Positions 1 to 9,075 of a stretch of 64,000 nt of DNA are shown here, in pieces. The notes beneath the pieces were generated by a model, which had not been told where the DNA came from, ran no database searches, and worked only from the letters and a program-made list of their open reading frames with translations. Position numbers and translations under genes: made by a program. The DNA is from Paraliomyxa miuraensis (lineage in GTDB: Bacteria > Myxococcota_A > Polyangia > Nannocystales > Nannocystaceae): assembly GCF_026337845.1 (NCBI RefSeq), contig NZ_JAOVZF010000146.1:57015-121014 (forward strand). The letters are read 5' to 3'. Every line of letters starts with the position of its first letter. The first letter of the stretch is position 1.

Positions 1-197
1 AGGGCACCGTGCAGGAGATCATGGGCATGCCCGATGGCTCGGTGCTCAAGCTGACCATCGCACGCTATTTCTCGCCCGACGACGCCGCCATCGATGGCGT
101 CGGCGTCACGCCCGACGTGGTGCTGACCACCGACCAAATGGAGCGGGCCGTCGACGAGGCACTCGCGGACCTCGGGCTGCGCCGGGCCGAACCCTAG
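1..197 (+). CDS. C-terminal fragment of an S41 carboxyl-terminal processing protease (tail-specific protease); 5' end lies upstream of the window
   Basis: The open frame runs in from position 1 and stops at TAG 195-197. The tail ...GSVLKLTIARYFSPDDAAIDGVGVTPDVVL... is typical of the Ctp/Prc family C-terminus. Confidence 0.55.
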   Translation, partial: GTVQEIMGMPDGSVLKLTIARYFSPDDAAIDGVGVTPDVVLTTDQMERAVDEALADLGLRRAEP

Positions 198-230
198 CGA
201 TCATCGGTGGCATGCGCGCGAGCCCGCCCC

Positions 231-1748
231 TCAGCAGCCCACGCCACCCCCGTGCGCCGAGGGCTGGCGCCACGAGCACGAGTTGAGGCAATCGTCGTTC
301 TCGTCGAGGTTGCCGTCGTCGCACTCCTCTTCGACCGAGTCGACCACACCATTGCCACAGCTGGGCGTGGGCGTGCAGCACAGCGCGCGCACGTATGTCT
401 CGTTGCACCCAAAGACGCTGGGGCAGCTCGACCGCGAGCTGCCGTAGCCGCAATTGACGGGAGGATCGTCCTGTAGGCTCGTCACTCCGTCGTAGGGCCC
501 CAGGGTGTAGTGACCGGCTCCGCTGCCGGCACGGCAGTAGATCTCCCCCACGACCACCTCGGGCGTGCCAAAGGCTCCCGTGGGTACGTTCCACCCCGTG
601 TTGCGGTTGACGTGTTGCGCCCGTGAGCACAGGCCCCAGCCCGGAGGGCACGCCAGCTCCAGGTCCTCCTCGCAGGTGACGTCGGCGGGGTCGTCGCAAA
701 GCACCGCCAGGCCGCTGGGGGCCACGGACACGGTGGTGAAGCCCGGCGCGCAATCACTCGGCCCGATCTCCCACTGGCAGGTGCTGTCACAGCCGTCTCC
801 ACCCAGCACGTTGCCGTCGTCGCACTGCTCGCCTGCCGGGCCGTTGATCACCCCGTCGCCGCACTCGGACGGCGTGCAATCGACGTCGCACCCGGGCGAG
901 GGGCCCATGTCATCGCACTGCTCGCCCGCCGCCATGTTGACGAGTCCGTCGCCGCACGAGGCCAGCGAGCAGTTGGCGTTGCAAAACGCGGTCTCGCCAC
1001 CGTCGTCGCAGACTTCCCCCGCGAGCCCGTTAGGATAGGCATCGCCACACTCGGCGGGCGTACAGTCGATGTCGCACGTCGCCGTCTGGCTGCCTTCGTC
1101 GCAGATCTCCCCGGCGGCCACGTTGAGCATGCCGTCCTGGCACTCCGCCAGCGTGCAGTCCACGTCGCACGTCGCCGACTCGCCACCATCGTCGCACTGC
1201 TCGCCCGCGGTCGCGTTGACCACTCCGTCGCCACACGATGCGGGCGTGCAGTCGTCGTTGCACGTGGTCGAGGGGCCGCCCTCGTCGCACGTCTCGCCGG
1301 CGGTCGGGTTGACGACCCCGTCGCCACACGCCGCCGCCGTGCAATCGGCGTTGCACGAGGCCGACTCGACCCCGTCGTCGCATGCCTCGCCGGCGGTCGG
1401 GTTGACGACCCCGTCGCCACACGCCGCCGCCGTGCAATCGGCGTTGCACGAGGCCGACTCACCCATGTCATCGCACGACTCGTCGCCCTCGACGACGCCA
1501 TTGCCACACCCGAGCCCGCCACCGCTGCTGTCGACGCTGGCCGTATCCTCGCTCGCCTCGCCCGTGCCCACGCCGGTCGTCGAGCCCGAGTCCATGGCGA
1601 AGGTGGTGACGCCGTCGGTCGTGGTCGCGCCGGTGGTGGTGCCCTCCGAGGTCGTCGAGACGGGAACGTCGTCACCGGAGCAAGCGGCAACGAGCCCCAG
1701 TGCGAGAGCGAACACGAAGTGGCCCGAGAAGCAACGCACCGATGACAT
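231..1748 (-). CDS. Secreted lipoprotein built from the Myxococcus cysteine-rich repeat (about 8 tandem units, [25 protein letters not shown])
   Basis: 505-aa ORF with high GC3. N-terminal signal peptide with lipobox (LVAACSG). Repeated 31-aa Cys-rich units match the TIGR02232-type Myxococcus repeat. Confidence 0.8.
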   Translation of the reverse strand: MSSVRCFSGHFVFALALGLVAACSGDDVPVSTTSEGTTTGATTTDGVTTFAMDSGSTTGVGTGEASEDTASVDSSGGGLGCGNGVVEGDESCDDMGESASCNADCTAAACGDGVVNPTAGEACDDGVESASCNADCTAAACGDGVVNPTAGETCDEGGPSTTCNDDCTPASCGDGVVNATAGEQCDDGGESATCDVDCTLAECQDGMLNVAAGEICDEGSQTATCDIDCTPAECGDAYPNGLAGEVCDDGGETAFCNANCSLASCGDGLVNMAAGEQCDDMGPSPGCDVDCTPSECGDGVINGPAGEQCDDGNVLGGDGCDSTCQWEIGPSDCAPGFTTVSVAPSGLAVLCDDPADVTCEEDLELACPPGWGLCSRAQHVNRNTGWNVPTGAFGTPEVVVGEIYCRAGSGAGHYTLGPYDGVTSLQDDPPVNCGYGSSRSSCPSVFGCNETYVRALCCTPTPSCGNGVVDSVEEECDDGNLDENDDCLNSCSWRQPSAHGGGVGC

Positions 1749-1885
1749 CGGGGGTCAGGGTATCACGGGCCCTTCCGTGTTCGTCCCGCACGCGCTCGGT
1801 TTCACCGTTCGTGGTCGCGCTGTTGGGCGTCGACTTCCTGGAGTCTACTCATGCCCTCGCCATGAACCGCGCGGGTACGGCTCGC

Positions 1886-3934
1886 TCACTGTGCGCCGGC
1901 CGCTGCCGCCTCGGGCTCGTCGGTCATGCCCAGCAGGCCCAGCAACCAGTCGTCGGGATGGTAGGCCCGCACGAGCGCGCAGCCGTCGACCAGGGTCACC
2001 CATGCCGCCTCGCCCTGCTGCGGGTCGTCGAAGCGGGCCACGAGCTCGTCCCCGGTCAGGGCCACGTTCATCACGACCATGTCCCACAGCGCTCGGTGGG
2101 CGCCGCGCAGCACGAGATCCAGACCGCGCTGCCACTGGAAGCAGTGCAGATCGTCGCCGTCCTCGAGCACGTCCACGTGATCCATGGTGATGCGCACGGG
2201 CGTGGTCCGATCGCGTGCGTCGAGCATGAAGCGAGCGGCGTGGTCCGACTGGAGGAACTTCTCCCCGTAGAAGTCGTGCACGAACGCCTCGTAGCGCCGG
2301 TAGACCTCCTCGCGCTCCTGCGTGGACATGGCGGGGTCGACCACGTGCAGGTGGTTGGACGGGTACTCGCTGTGCCACGACTCGACCGCCTCCGACCCGC
2401 ATCCCGAGGGCAGCACGCGCAGGCCAAACCGCTCGGGGGTGCGGCCGACCTCGGCCGACCGCGTGGCCTCGAAGCGAAACAGGTTGATGTCGGCCACGCA
2501 GTCGGCGTGGGCGCGAAACGACGCCAGCGACTGCATCGCGTCGGCAAAGGTCGTGGTGGGCAGATCCATGATGATGTTCATGTGGACCGTGATGCCGTTG
2601 TCGCGCGCGAGCCGGAGGAAGGCGCTGATCTCCGCCTCGGTCGAGGCCTTGCGCACCACCTTCAGCACCCGATCGGTCATGGTCTCCACGCCCACCACGA
2701 TCCGCTCGCACCCCGACCGGCGCATGATGGCGAAGGTCTCCTCGCCGAAGTGCCGCTCCACCATCACGAAGGAGCCCCAGCGGACGTCGAGCCCGCGCTC
2801 CAAGATCCGCAGCCCGGACTTCCGGGCGAAGGCGGGCGGCAGGGCCTCGGTGACGTAGGTGAAGCGGCGGATCCCGTGCGTCGCGATCTGGTGCTCCATC
2901 TCGTCGACGAAGCGATCCTCCGAGCGCGTGCGATAGCGGGGGTTGCCCTCATAGAGCTCCACGTAGTCGCAGTAGGCGCATCGCCCCCAGTAGCAACCCC
3001 GCGCCTGGACCACGCTCAAGATCGGGTCGGCCAGCCGCGCCAGGATCTCGGCGTCGTAGTGCGGGAACGCCAGCTCCTCGAGCGCGACCCCGGCCTCCGC
3101 GGGGTTGATCTGGACTCGCCCCTCGACGCGGCTGGCCACGCCCGAGACCTCGGCCGGCGCCCACTGCCGGCCCGCGACCTGCTCGCAGAGCGCCAGCAAG
3201 GGCCGCTCCCCCTCGAAGCGCACGATTGCGTCCACCGGCGCCGCCTCGAGCACCCGGGCCACATCGTCGGGCGCCATCAGGCTGAAGGTGGAACCGCCGA
3301 GCACGACGCGAACATCGGGCCGCACCTCGCCGATGCAGCGGGCCAGGATCAGGCTCGGCCCCAGCTGCGGGGCCATCGACGCGGAGATCCCGACCAGCGC
3401 GACATCGGGGGCGCCGCGCAGCCACGACAGGTACTCGCTCTGCCGATAGAAGCGGGCGTAGAACTCATGGATCTCGCTGCGGCCGAACGCCTCCGAGAGG
3501 CACGCGCCCACGCTTTGGTCCACGCGGTACGGCTGGCACAACCAGTGGAGCAGCATCCTTGGGTTGTAGCCGCGGGGGTAGTGCCCGCGTACGCGCCCCT
3601 GCTCGTCGTGGAAGGGCCGCTCGAGCCGCTGGATCACGCGCGCGGCCATGGCCGGCGAACTGGTGGGGGCGAACACCTCCCCGTCGAAGGCGAAGCCGTG
3701 CTCGAGCCGCTCGAGGTGCTCGGGCCGCAGCAGGTGCTCGAAGAGCCGGCTGTTGAGGTCGTGCTGCTCGGCGACGAAGCCATGCGCCCGTAGGTGCCCG
3801 GCCAGGACCGCCGTGGATGGGTAGTAGGCGCCGAACGAGGAGAACACCTGCGGCGGGAACACCAGCGAGACGAGCGGGGTCCCCGGCGCGGGCTCGACTG
3901 GAGGGTTGTGCGTACCTGGGTCGGCTTCGTTCAT
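1886..3934 (-). CDS. B12-binding domain radical SAM protein (class B rSAM, probable methyltransferase or other tailoring enzyme)
   Basis: N-terminal Rossmann-like cobalamin-binding region (LVSLVFPP..., VVLGGSTFSLMAPDD). Cys triad GCYWGRCAYC followed by the typical TRSEDRFVDEMEH stretch. Its stop abuts the start of the carbamoyltransferase gene. Confidence 0.8.
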   Translation of the reverse strand: MNEADPGTHNPPVEPAPGTPLVSLVFPPQVFSSFGAYYPSTAVLAGHLRAHGFVAEQHDLNSRLFEHLLRPEHLERLEHGFAFDGEVFAPTSSPAMAARVIQRLERPFHDEQGRVRGHYPRGYNPRMLLHWLCQPYRVDQSVGACLSEAFGRSEIHEFYARFYRQSEYLSWLRGAPDVALVGISASMAPQLGPSLILARCIGEVRPDVRVVLGGSTFSLMAPDDVARVLEAAPVDAIVRFEGERPLLALCEQVAGRQWAPAEVSGVASRVEGRVQINPAEAGVALEELAFPHYDAEILARLADPILSVVQARGCYWGRCAYCDYVELYEGNPRYRTRSEDRFVDEMEHQIATHGIRRFTYVTEALPPAFARKSGLRILERGLDVRWGSFVMVERHFGEETFAIMRRSGCERIVVGVETMTDRVLKVVRKASTEAEISAFLRLARDNGITVHMNIIMDLPTTTFADAMQSLASFRAHADCVADINLFRFEATRSAEVGRTPERFGLRVLPSGCGSEAVESWHSEYPSNHLHVVDPAMSTQEREEVYRRYEAFVHDFYGEKFLQSDHAARFMLDARDRTTPVRITMDHVDVLEDGDDLHCFQWQRGLDLVLRGAHRALWDMVVMNVALTGDELVARFDDPQQGEAAWVTLVDGCALVRAYHPDDWLLGLLGMTDEPEAAAAGAQ

Positions 3935-3937
3935 GAC

Positions 3938-5968
3938 TCACCCCACATGGACTCGGAGGACCCCGGCGCGACCGAGCTCCACGAGCGCCGTGCCCAGCTC
4001 TTCGGGCGACACGGCGCGTCGCCACGCACGAGCAACTTCCGCCCGCAGCGCCTCGCCATGGTGCCCCTCTCGAACGCCCCACAGGATCGCCGCCCACGGC
4101 TCCGGAAACTCCCGCACCAGGGTGCCCCACGGGGTCTCGATGCAGATCGAGAGCGGCATCGATCCATCGAGTACCTCCAGCACGTCACCGTCGTCGCGCG
4201 GCCGGACCTGCACGTCCCGCACGCGCTCGGACACCGCGTAGCCCAGCTCGAGGGGGGTGGTCACGCCGGGAGGGCGCTCGATCACCCGATCGTGCAACAC
4301 GCAGGCATCGAGCCCGCTGGTCAGCAGACAAAGCAGCGCGTCGTCGGGGGTCTCGACCAGCGGCTCGCCTCGCACGTTGAACGAAGTGTTGAGCAGCAGC
4401 GGCACGTTGGTCCGGGCGAAGAATCGCTCGATGAGCGCATGGAAGCGCGGCAGGACCTGCCGCGACACGGTCTGGATGCGCGCGGTGCCGTCGACGTGGA
4501 CCACCGCGGGAACCAGTTCGCGGCAGCTCGGGGCCACCGGGCAGATCCTCAGCATGAAGGGGCTGTCCTCCGTGGTCTCGCCCCAGTCGAACCACTGCGC
4601 CGCGTGCTCCTCGAGCACCGACGCCGCAAACGGCCGAAACCACTCACGCCGCTTGATCGCGGCGTTGAGCCGCTCCTTGGCCTCCGCGCGCCGTGGGTCG
4701 CACAGGATGCTGCGCTGACCCAGCGCGCGCGGCCCCAGCTCGCTGCCCCCCTGGAACCAGCCCAGGATCTGGCCGTCGAGGAGCCGGTCGACGACCTCCT
4801 CGACGACATCGTCACGCGAGGAGGCGGTCGGCCCCAGGGGCGGGTACTCGGTGCCCGTGGCGTCGCGGCGCAGCCGCGGGCGGGCGACCCTCACGGGCGC
4901 CGGCTGGCGATCGAGCCACCACTGCAGGCCGTAGTAGGCGGCCCCGATGGCCGTGCCGCTGTCCTCCGCGGCGGGGGTGATGAACACCTCCTCGAAGCCG
5001 GACTCGCGAATGATGCGCTCGTTGAGCAGGCCGTTGAGCGCCACGCCGCCGGCATAACACAGGTGCGGGTGCGGGCAGCGTCGACGGAGCTCGCCCACCA
5101 CCGCCAGCACGGCGTGCTCGAGGGCCGCCTGCGCGGACGCGGCCAGGTCGGCGTACTGCTCATGCCGGGCGGGCCAGCGCTCCTCGGTACGAAACAGCGT
5201 GCAGACCTCGTCGCGATAGTGCACCTGGCCGTCCGCGTCCACCTTCAGGAACGCGCTCGTGGGAATGGTGGGCCGACCGTAGGACGCCAGGCCCATCACC
5301 TTGCCGGCGTGCCGCGGGTTGCCGAAGATCTGCTGGGCGACCGCCGAGTAGAGCCCGCCCAGGCTCTCGAATCGAGGCATGCGACCGAGTTGCTCGTGGC
5401 CTCGCTCGAGCCACGCCCGCGACACCTGCTTGGCGAGGGGCGTGACCCGAAGCGCCGGGGCCCCGAGGCCGGTCGCCTCGTAGAGTGAGATCGCCTCGTA
5501 GCAAGGACCGTCACCGGCCCATGGGCCGCCCTCGACGATCGTGCGACGCTCGCTCGGATCGAGATCGACCAGAGGTGAGCCCACACCGTCGATGACCAGC
5601 ACCGCCGCGCGTTCGTAGCCCGCGCTCGCAATCGCGCTATGAGCATGTCCCAAGTGGTGGGACAACGACAGCAGACGCCCCTGTCGATGTAGTGGCTCGA
5701 ATTGCAAATTGTGCAAAGGATCGTGATCGGGTTCGCTGCGACCGGGGCACGAGCAGATCACCACGCAGTCCAGTTCGTCCACCCCGATTCCGGCGTGGGA
5801 TAGACAGTACGAGGTCGCCAGCGACGGCCGACCCGCGAAGATTCGTGTGCGCTTGACCCGTGTGAGGCGCTCTTCCTGGATCGCCACCACGAGCTCGGAG
5901 CCTCGCAGCAGGCACGCCGCGCCGTTGTGCGATGCATTGACGCCTAGAATCCATGGAGCAGTAGCCAC
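3938..5968 (-). CDS. NodU/CmcH-family carbamoyltransferase
   Basis: ILGVNASHNGAACLL... N-terminal carbamoyltransferase signature plus the C-terminal carbamoyltransferase domain. The track ORF begins with about 157 codons of low-complexity non-protein-like sequence. I placed the start at the in-frame GTG (MATAPWILGVN...), which has a GGGGA 12 nt upstream. Confidence 0.75.
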   Translation of the reverse strand: MATAPWILGVNASHNGAACLLRGSELVVAIQEERLTRVKRTRIFAGRPSLATSYCLSHAGIGVDELDCVVICSCPGRSEPDHDPLHNLQFEPLHRQGRLLSLSHHLGHAHSAIASAGYERAAVLVIDGVGSPLVDLDPSERRTIVEGGPWAGDGPCYEAISLYEATGLGAPALRVTPLAKQVSRAWLERGHEQLGRMPRFESLGGLYSAVAQQIFGNPRHAGKVMGLASYGRPTIPTSAFLKVDADGQVHYRDEVCTLFRTEERWPARHEQYADLAASAQAALEHAVLAVVGELRRRCPHPHLCYAGGVALNGLLNERIIRESGFEEVFITPAAEDSGTAIGAAYYGLQWWLDRQPAPVRVARPRLRRDATGTEYPPLGPTASSRDDVVEEVVDRLLDGQILGWFQGGSELGPRALGQRSILCDPRRAEAKERLNAAIKRREWFRPFAASVLEEHAAQWFDWGETTEDSPFMLRICPVAPSCRELVPAVVHVDGTARIQTVSRQVLPRFHALIERFFARTNVPLLLNTSFNVRGEPLVETPDDALLCLLTSGLDACVLHDRVIERPPGVTTPLELGYAVSERVRDVQVRPRDDGDVLEVLDGSMPLSICIETPWGTLVREFPEPWAAILWGVREGHHGEALRAEVARAWRRAVSPEELGTALVELGRAGVLRVHVG

Positions 5969-6130
5969 GACACGATTCGTCCCCGGCCTTGCGGCGCTGT
6001 TGGTCGTTTCCGTTCGGTCTCCGAGCGAAAATGACCCGACGTCGGCCGTCCCCTTCGAATCATCGACTTTCGAGGACGACGCCGAATAGGATACAGTGAG
6101 CCCCCAACGATACCAAGAGGTAGAGTACCG

Positions 6131-6484
6131 ATGAGCTGGTGGACCAAGGACCTCATCCTCGAGTTTCGCAAGAGGATGTTCACGGACGAGAAGTTTCGAG
6201 CGAAGTTCGTCTCCGATCCCACCGGGACCCTGCGTGCCATGGGCGCGAAGGTCCCCGAAGGTGCCCAGATCCCCGCGCCCACCCTCAAGGATCTCGAGGT
6301 GCGGATCGCCGAGATCAAGAAGTCGGTAGGCGACGACAAGATGCCCGAGCTGTGGTCGACCGATGGGCTCGAGCGCCTCGAGAAGGCGGGCATCCCCACT
6401 GCGAAACTCGGGATCCTCGGCGGGGCCAAGAAGCCCCACCTGCGCGCGGTGATCGAGTCGTTCAAGATCGTCGACGAGCCCTGA
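6131..6484 (+). CDS. Candidate RiPP precursor peptide with an NHLP-like leader (117 aa, GG motif, Cys-free C-terminal tail AKKPHLRAVIESFKIVDEP)
   Basis: AAGAGG ribosome-binding site 12 nt upstream of the ATG, and high GC3. The segment DEKFRAKFVSDPTGTLRAMGAKVPEG resembles the conserved core of nitrile-hydratase-leader-peptide family precursors. The ORF ends 17 nt before the rSAM/SPASM gene. Confidence 0.5.
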   Translation: MSWWTKDLILEFRKRMFTDEKFRAKFVSDPTGTLRAMGAKVPEGAQIPAPTLKDLEVRIAEIKKSVGDDKMPELWSTDGLERLEKAGIPTAKLGILGGAKKPHLRAVIESFKIVDEP

Positions 6485-6501
6485 GGCCCGAGCGATTTGC
6501 G

Positions 6502-7719
6502 ATGACGCGCCGCCGACACCAGACGCTCGTCCTCTCGTACACGCTGACCTGCAACGCTCGCTGTGCGCACTGCGTGTCGCTGGCGGGACCCAAGGTCAAG
6601 CGCCGCATGCCCCTGGCCGAGGCGCTCGAGATCTATACGGGCGCGGCGCGCTCGGGCCTCTTCGACACCGTGTACCTCACGGGGGGAGAGAACCTCCTGC
6701 ACCGGGACGATGTGCTGGAGCTGTGCCGGCACGGGACCGCGCTGGGGTTGCGCACGGAGGTGATCAGCAACGGCTTTTGGGCGCTCGACGTCGAGCGGGG
6801 TCTGGCCTTCCTCGCGCCCCTGGTCGAGGCGGGGCTCTCGACCCTCCAGATCTCGATCGATCACCACCACCTGCCCTACGTGGCGGCCCCGCGGGTCCGC
6901 CACGCGCTCGAGGTGGTACGCCGACTGGGGCTGCAGCCGCAGCTGTGCACTGCGATCGACCGCAAGGAGCCGGCCCCGCCGCCGGAGATCGAGGATCCGA
7001 TCCAGGCAGGCCGCCTGCGGCTCGACCAGGTCACCGCGGAGTCCTTCGATGCGCTGGTCGCCGCGGAGTGGGCGGCCATCGACCCCGACGTGGAGCAGCT
7101 GCTGGTGCTCTACGGGGTACCTCGCTCGGAGTGCGTCCCCGTCCACGTCAAGAGCAGCCTGCTGCGCGCGGGAGACCCCCGGGCCGAGGCGATCGTGGCT
7201 CGCTACGTGCACCCGAAGATCGTCGTGCACCACCAGTACACGGGTCCGGTCGGCCGCGGGGCGACGCTCGAGGCGCTACCCCGGTGGCACGTGGACCAGT
7301 GGCAGGACGAGAGCTGCCACCAGGCCGGCGAGTCACCGCTGGTCACCGCCGAGGGTGACGTGTTCCCCTGCTGCTCGAGCTGGGCCAACGAGCCCCAGAT
7401 GCGAACCACCCGCTGCTCCGGTGGCAACGTGGAGGAGATCACCCACGCCATCCGGCAGGATCCGATCGCGCGGTTCATGCACTACCAGGGCCCGCGCCAG
7501 CTGGTGGTGTTCCTGCGAGCGCAGGGCCACGACCTCCCGGAGCAGTACGGCAACATCTGCGACTTCTGCTCCTCGCTGCTGGCGCGCTTCTCTCGACCGC
7601 AGCTCGAGGCCTTCATCGAGCAGTATTATCAGGACCAGCCCCACCGGCGCACGTTTGCCACCCGCGGCCTGGTGTTCGACGCCCAGGTGCAGGATCACGA
7701 GGCGTTCTCGTCGATCTGA
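6502..7719 (+). CDS. Radical SAM/SPASM-domain peptide-modifying enzyme (putative maturase)
   Basis: CNARCAHC (CxxxCxxC) cluster near the N-terminus, and GGE motif. A C-terminal Cys-rich auxiliary-cluster region (CHQAG...FPCCSSW...TRCSGG...NICDFC) resembles a SPASM or twitch domain. The start ATG (MTRRRHQTLVLSY...) was chosen because the track ORF N-terminus overlaps the precursor in another frame. Confidence 0.85.
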   Translation: MTRRRHQTLVLSYTLTCNARCAHCVSLAGPKVKRRMPLAEALEIYTGAARSGLFDTVYLTGGENLLHRDDVLELCRHGTALGLRTEVISNGFWALDVERGLAFLAPLVEAGLSTLQISIDHHHLPYVAAPRVRHALEVVRRLGLQPQLCTAIDRKEPAPPPEIEDPIQAGRLRLDQVTAESFDALVAAEWAAIDPDVEQLLVLYGVPRSECVPVHVKSSLLRAGDPRAEAIVARYVHPKIVVHHQYTGPVGRGATLEALPRWHVDQWQDESCHQAGESPLVTAEGDVFPCCSSWANEPQMRTTRCSGGNVEEITHAIRQDPIARFMHYQGPRQLVVFLRAQGHDLPEQYGNICDFCSSLLARFSRPQLEAFIEQYYQDQPHRRTFATRGLVFDAQVQDHEAFSSI

Positions 7720-7777
7720 TCGAGGCCCAGGAGCTGGTCGAGTCGGTTGCGACCGACCGCGCTATGCTCTGGCCCGC

Positions 7778-8860
7778 ATGCCCTCGCCGAGGATCGCACG
7801 GCCCGAGCCCGCCGCGGCTCGAGACCGCCGCCACCATGGCGACGGCCACACGCGGACGCGAGGGCTCGTGGTCGGCCGCGCCGCGGGACTCGCTGCCCTC
7901 GCGGGTCTATCGGGCTGCGCGGGCGAGCTGACGGTGCTCGCCGCCATGGCCTTCGGCATGACCCTGGGCGCGTGGTTGCTGAGCGCGGGTCGTCAGCGTC
8001 GAGCGCTCTACGAGGCGGAGTATCTGCGCCGGGCCATCGCCACCGGCCAGCACCGCGAGCTCGAGGCCACCTTGCGTCGCGAGCTCGCGCTGGTCGAAGC
8101 CGGCGAGGCCGTGAGCCCCGAGCGTCAGTGGATGGCCCGCGCCCAGCTCGGCGGGCTGATGGTGGCCGAGTGGCGACTCGACGAGGCAAGGGGGATCTAC
8201 GCGGGCATTCCCCTCGGTGGCGGGGCCAAGGCACTGCCCGGCGATGTGCTCGATCCCCTGGCGCTGCCCGGCGATGCTCCCGCCGACGAAGACGAAGGAG
8301 CTCCGCCCGCGCCGATCGAGGCGCCCGCGAGCGAGGCCGAGCTCGCCCCTCATCTACGCGCCCTGGCCTCGTTCGGCCGCCACGAGCTGGCGGTGCTCAC
8401 CGAGGCTCCCAACGAGGCGCGGCTCGAGGCGATTCGCCGCGACCGCGACGAGTGCCTGCGCCACGTGCCCACCGTGTTCCGTGGCGATGTGGAGCTGGCC
8501 TGGAACGCGCTCGAGGGGCTGTGCCTCGTTCGCATGGGCCGGGCCCGCGAGGGCGTCGACCGGCTCGCGAGCGGGCTGTCGGCGCTCGAGTACAACCCGG
8601 CCCTGGTGGTCTACCTCTTCCACCTCGGGCAGGCCTATGAACACATTGGGGAGCGCAAGATGGCGGCAACGCGCTACGAGGAAGCCGCCAAGGCGTTCCC
8701 CGGCACCCGCCTGGCCAGCGAAGCGCAGGCCCGCCTGCGAGCGCTCGGATCCTCCGGAGGTGGTGAGGGCAGCATGTTCCGCGCGATGCTTCCCGAGGTC
8801 CCCGCCGCCAACTCCAGCAATGCGTCGTTCCCCATGGGCGACGACGAGCCCAAGACCTGA
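7778..8860 (+). CDS. Hypothetical lipoprotein or membrane protein with TPR-like helical repeats
   Basis: Internal start MPSPRIARPE..., then signal peptide and lipobox (LAALAGLSGC), then an alpha-helical Ala/Leu/Arg-rich region. The start is uncertain. Confidence 0.45.
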   Translation: MPSPRIARPEPAAARDRRHHGDGHTRTRGLVVGRAAGLAALAGLSGCAGELTVLAAMAFGMTLGAWLLSAGRQRRALYEAEYLRRAIATGQHRELEATLRRELALVEAGEAVSPERQWMARAQLGGLMVAEWRLDEARGIYAGIPLGGGAKALPGDVLDPLALPGDAPADEDEGAPPAPIEAPASEAELAPHLRALASFGRHELAVLTEAPNEARLEAIRRDRDECLRHVPTVFRGDVELAWNALEGLCLVRMGRAREGVDRLASGLSALEYNPALVVYLFHLGQAYEHIGERKMAATRYEEAAKAFPGTRLASEAQARLRALGSSGGGEGSMFRAMLPEVPAANSSNASFPMGDDEPKT

Positions 8861-9075
8861 CCCAGTCGGCCCGTTCCTGGCCGCTCCACGCCGCCGAACC
8901 GGCGCGCGTCCGGCTCGGTCCGTGAGCCGCCCTTGTCGCTCCAACCGGCTCGGATCCATGTTCCGCACGCAAATGGCCGAAACCCTTGGAATCTTGGCCG
9001 GCTTTGAAGTGCGAATTACGCGCTTTTACCAAAAAGAGGCCGAGCCGTTGATCGCTTGGTAAATTCTGAAACGCC

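Noticed and set aside
1700-3793. 697-aa plus-strand ORF overlapping the B12-rSAM gene
   Set aside because: Antisense shadow ORF. The translation is Arg/Gly/His/Pro low-complexity with no motifs, while the minus-strand frame has clear rSAM/B12 signatures.
5847-6089. 80-aa plus-strand ORF in the divergent promoter region, considered as a possible second precursor peptide
   Set aside because: It overlaps the carbamoyltransferase start on the opposite strand, has no ribosome-binding site, and a Ser/Arg/Thr low-complexity translation.
6139-6501. N-terminal 121 codons of the track ORF 6139-7719 (rSAM/SPASM)
   Set aside because: Runs in a different frame across the precursor gene. The translation is low-complexity Arg/Pro-rich. 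The true start is the ATG at 6502 (MTRRRHQ...).
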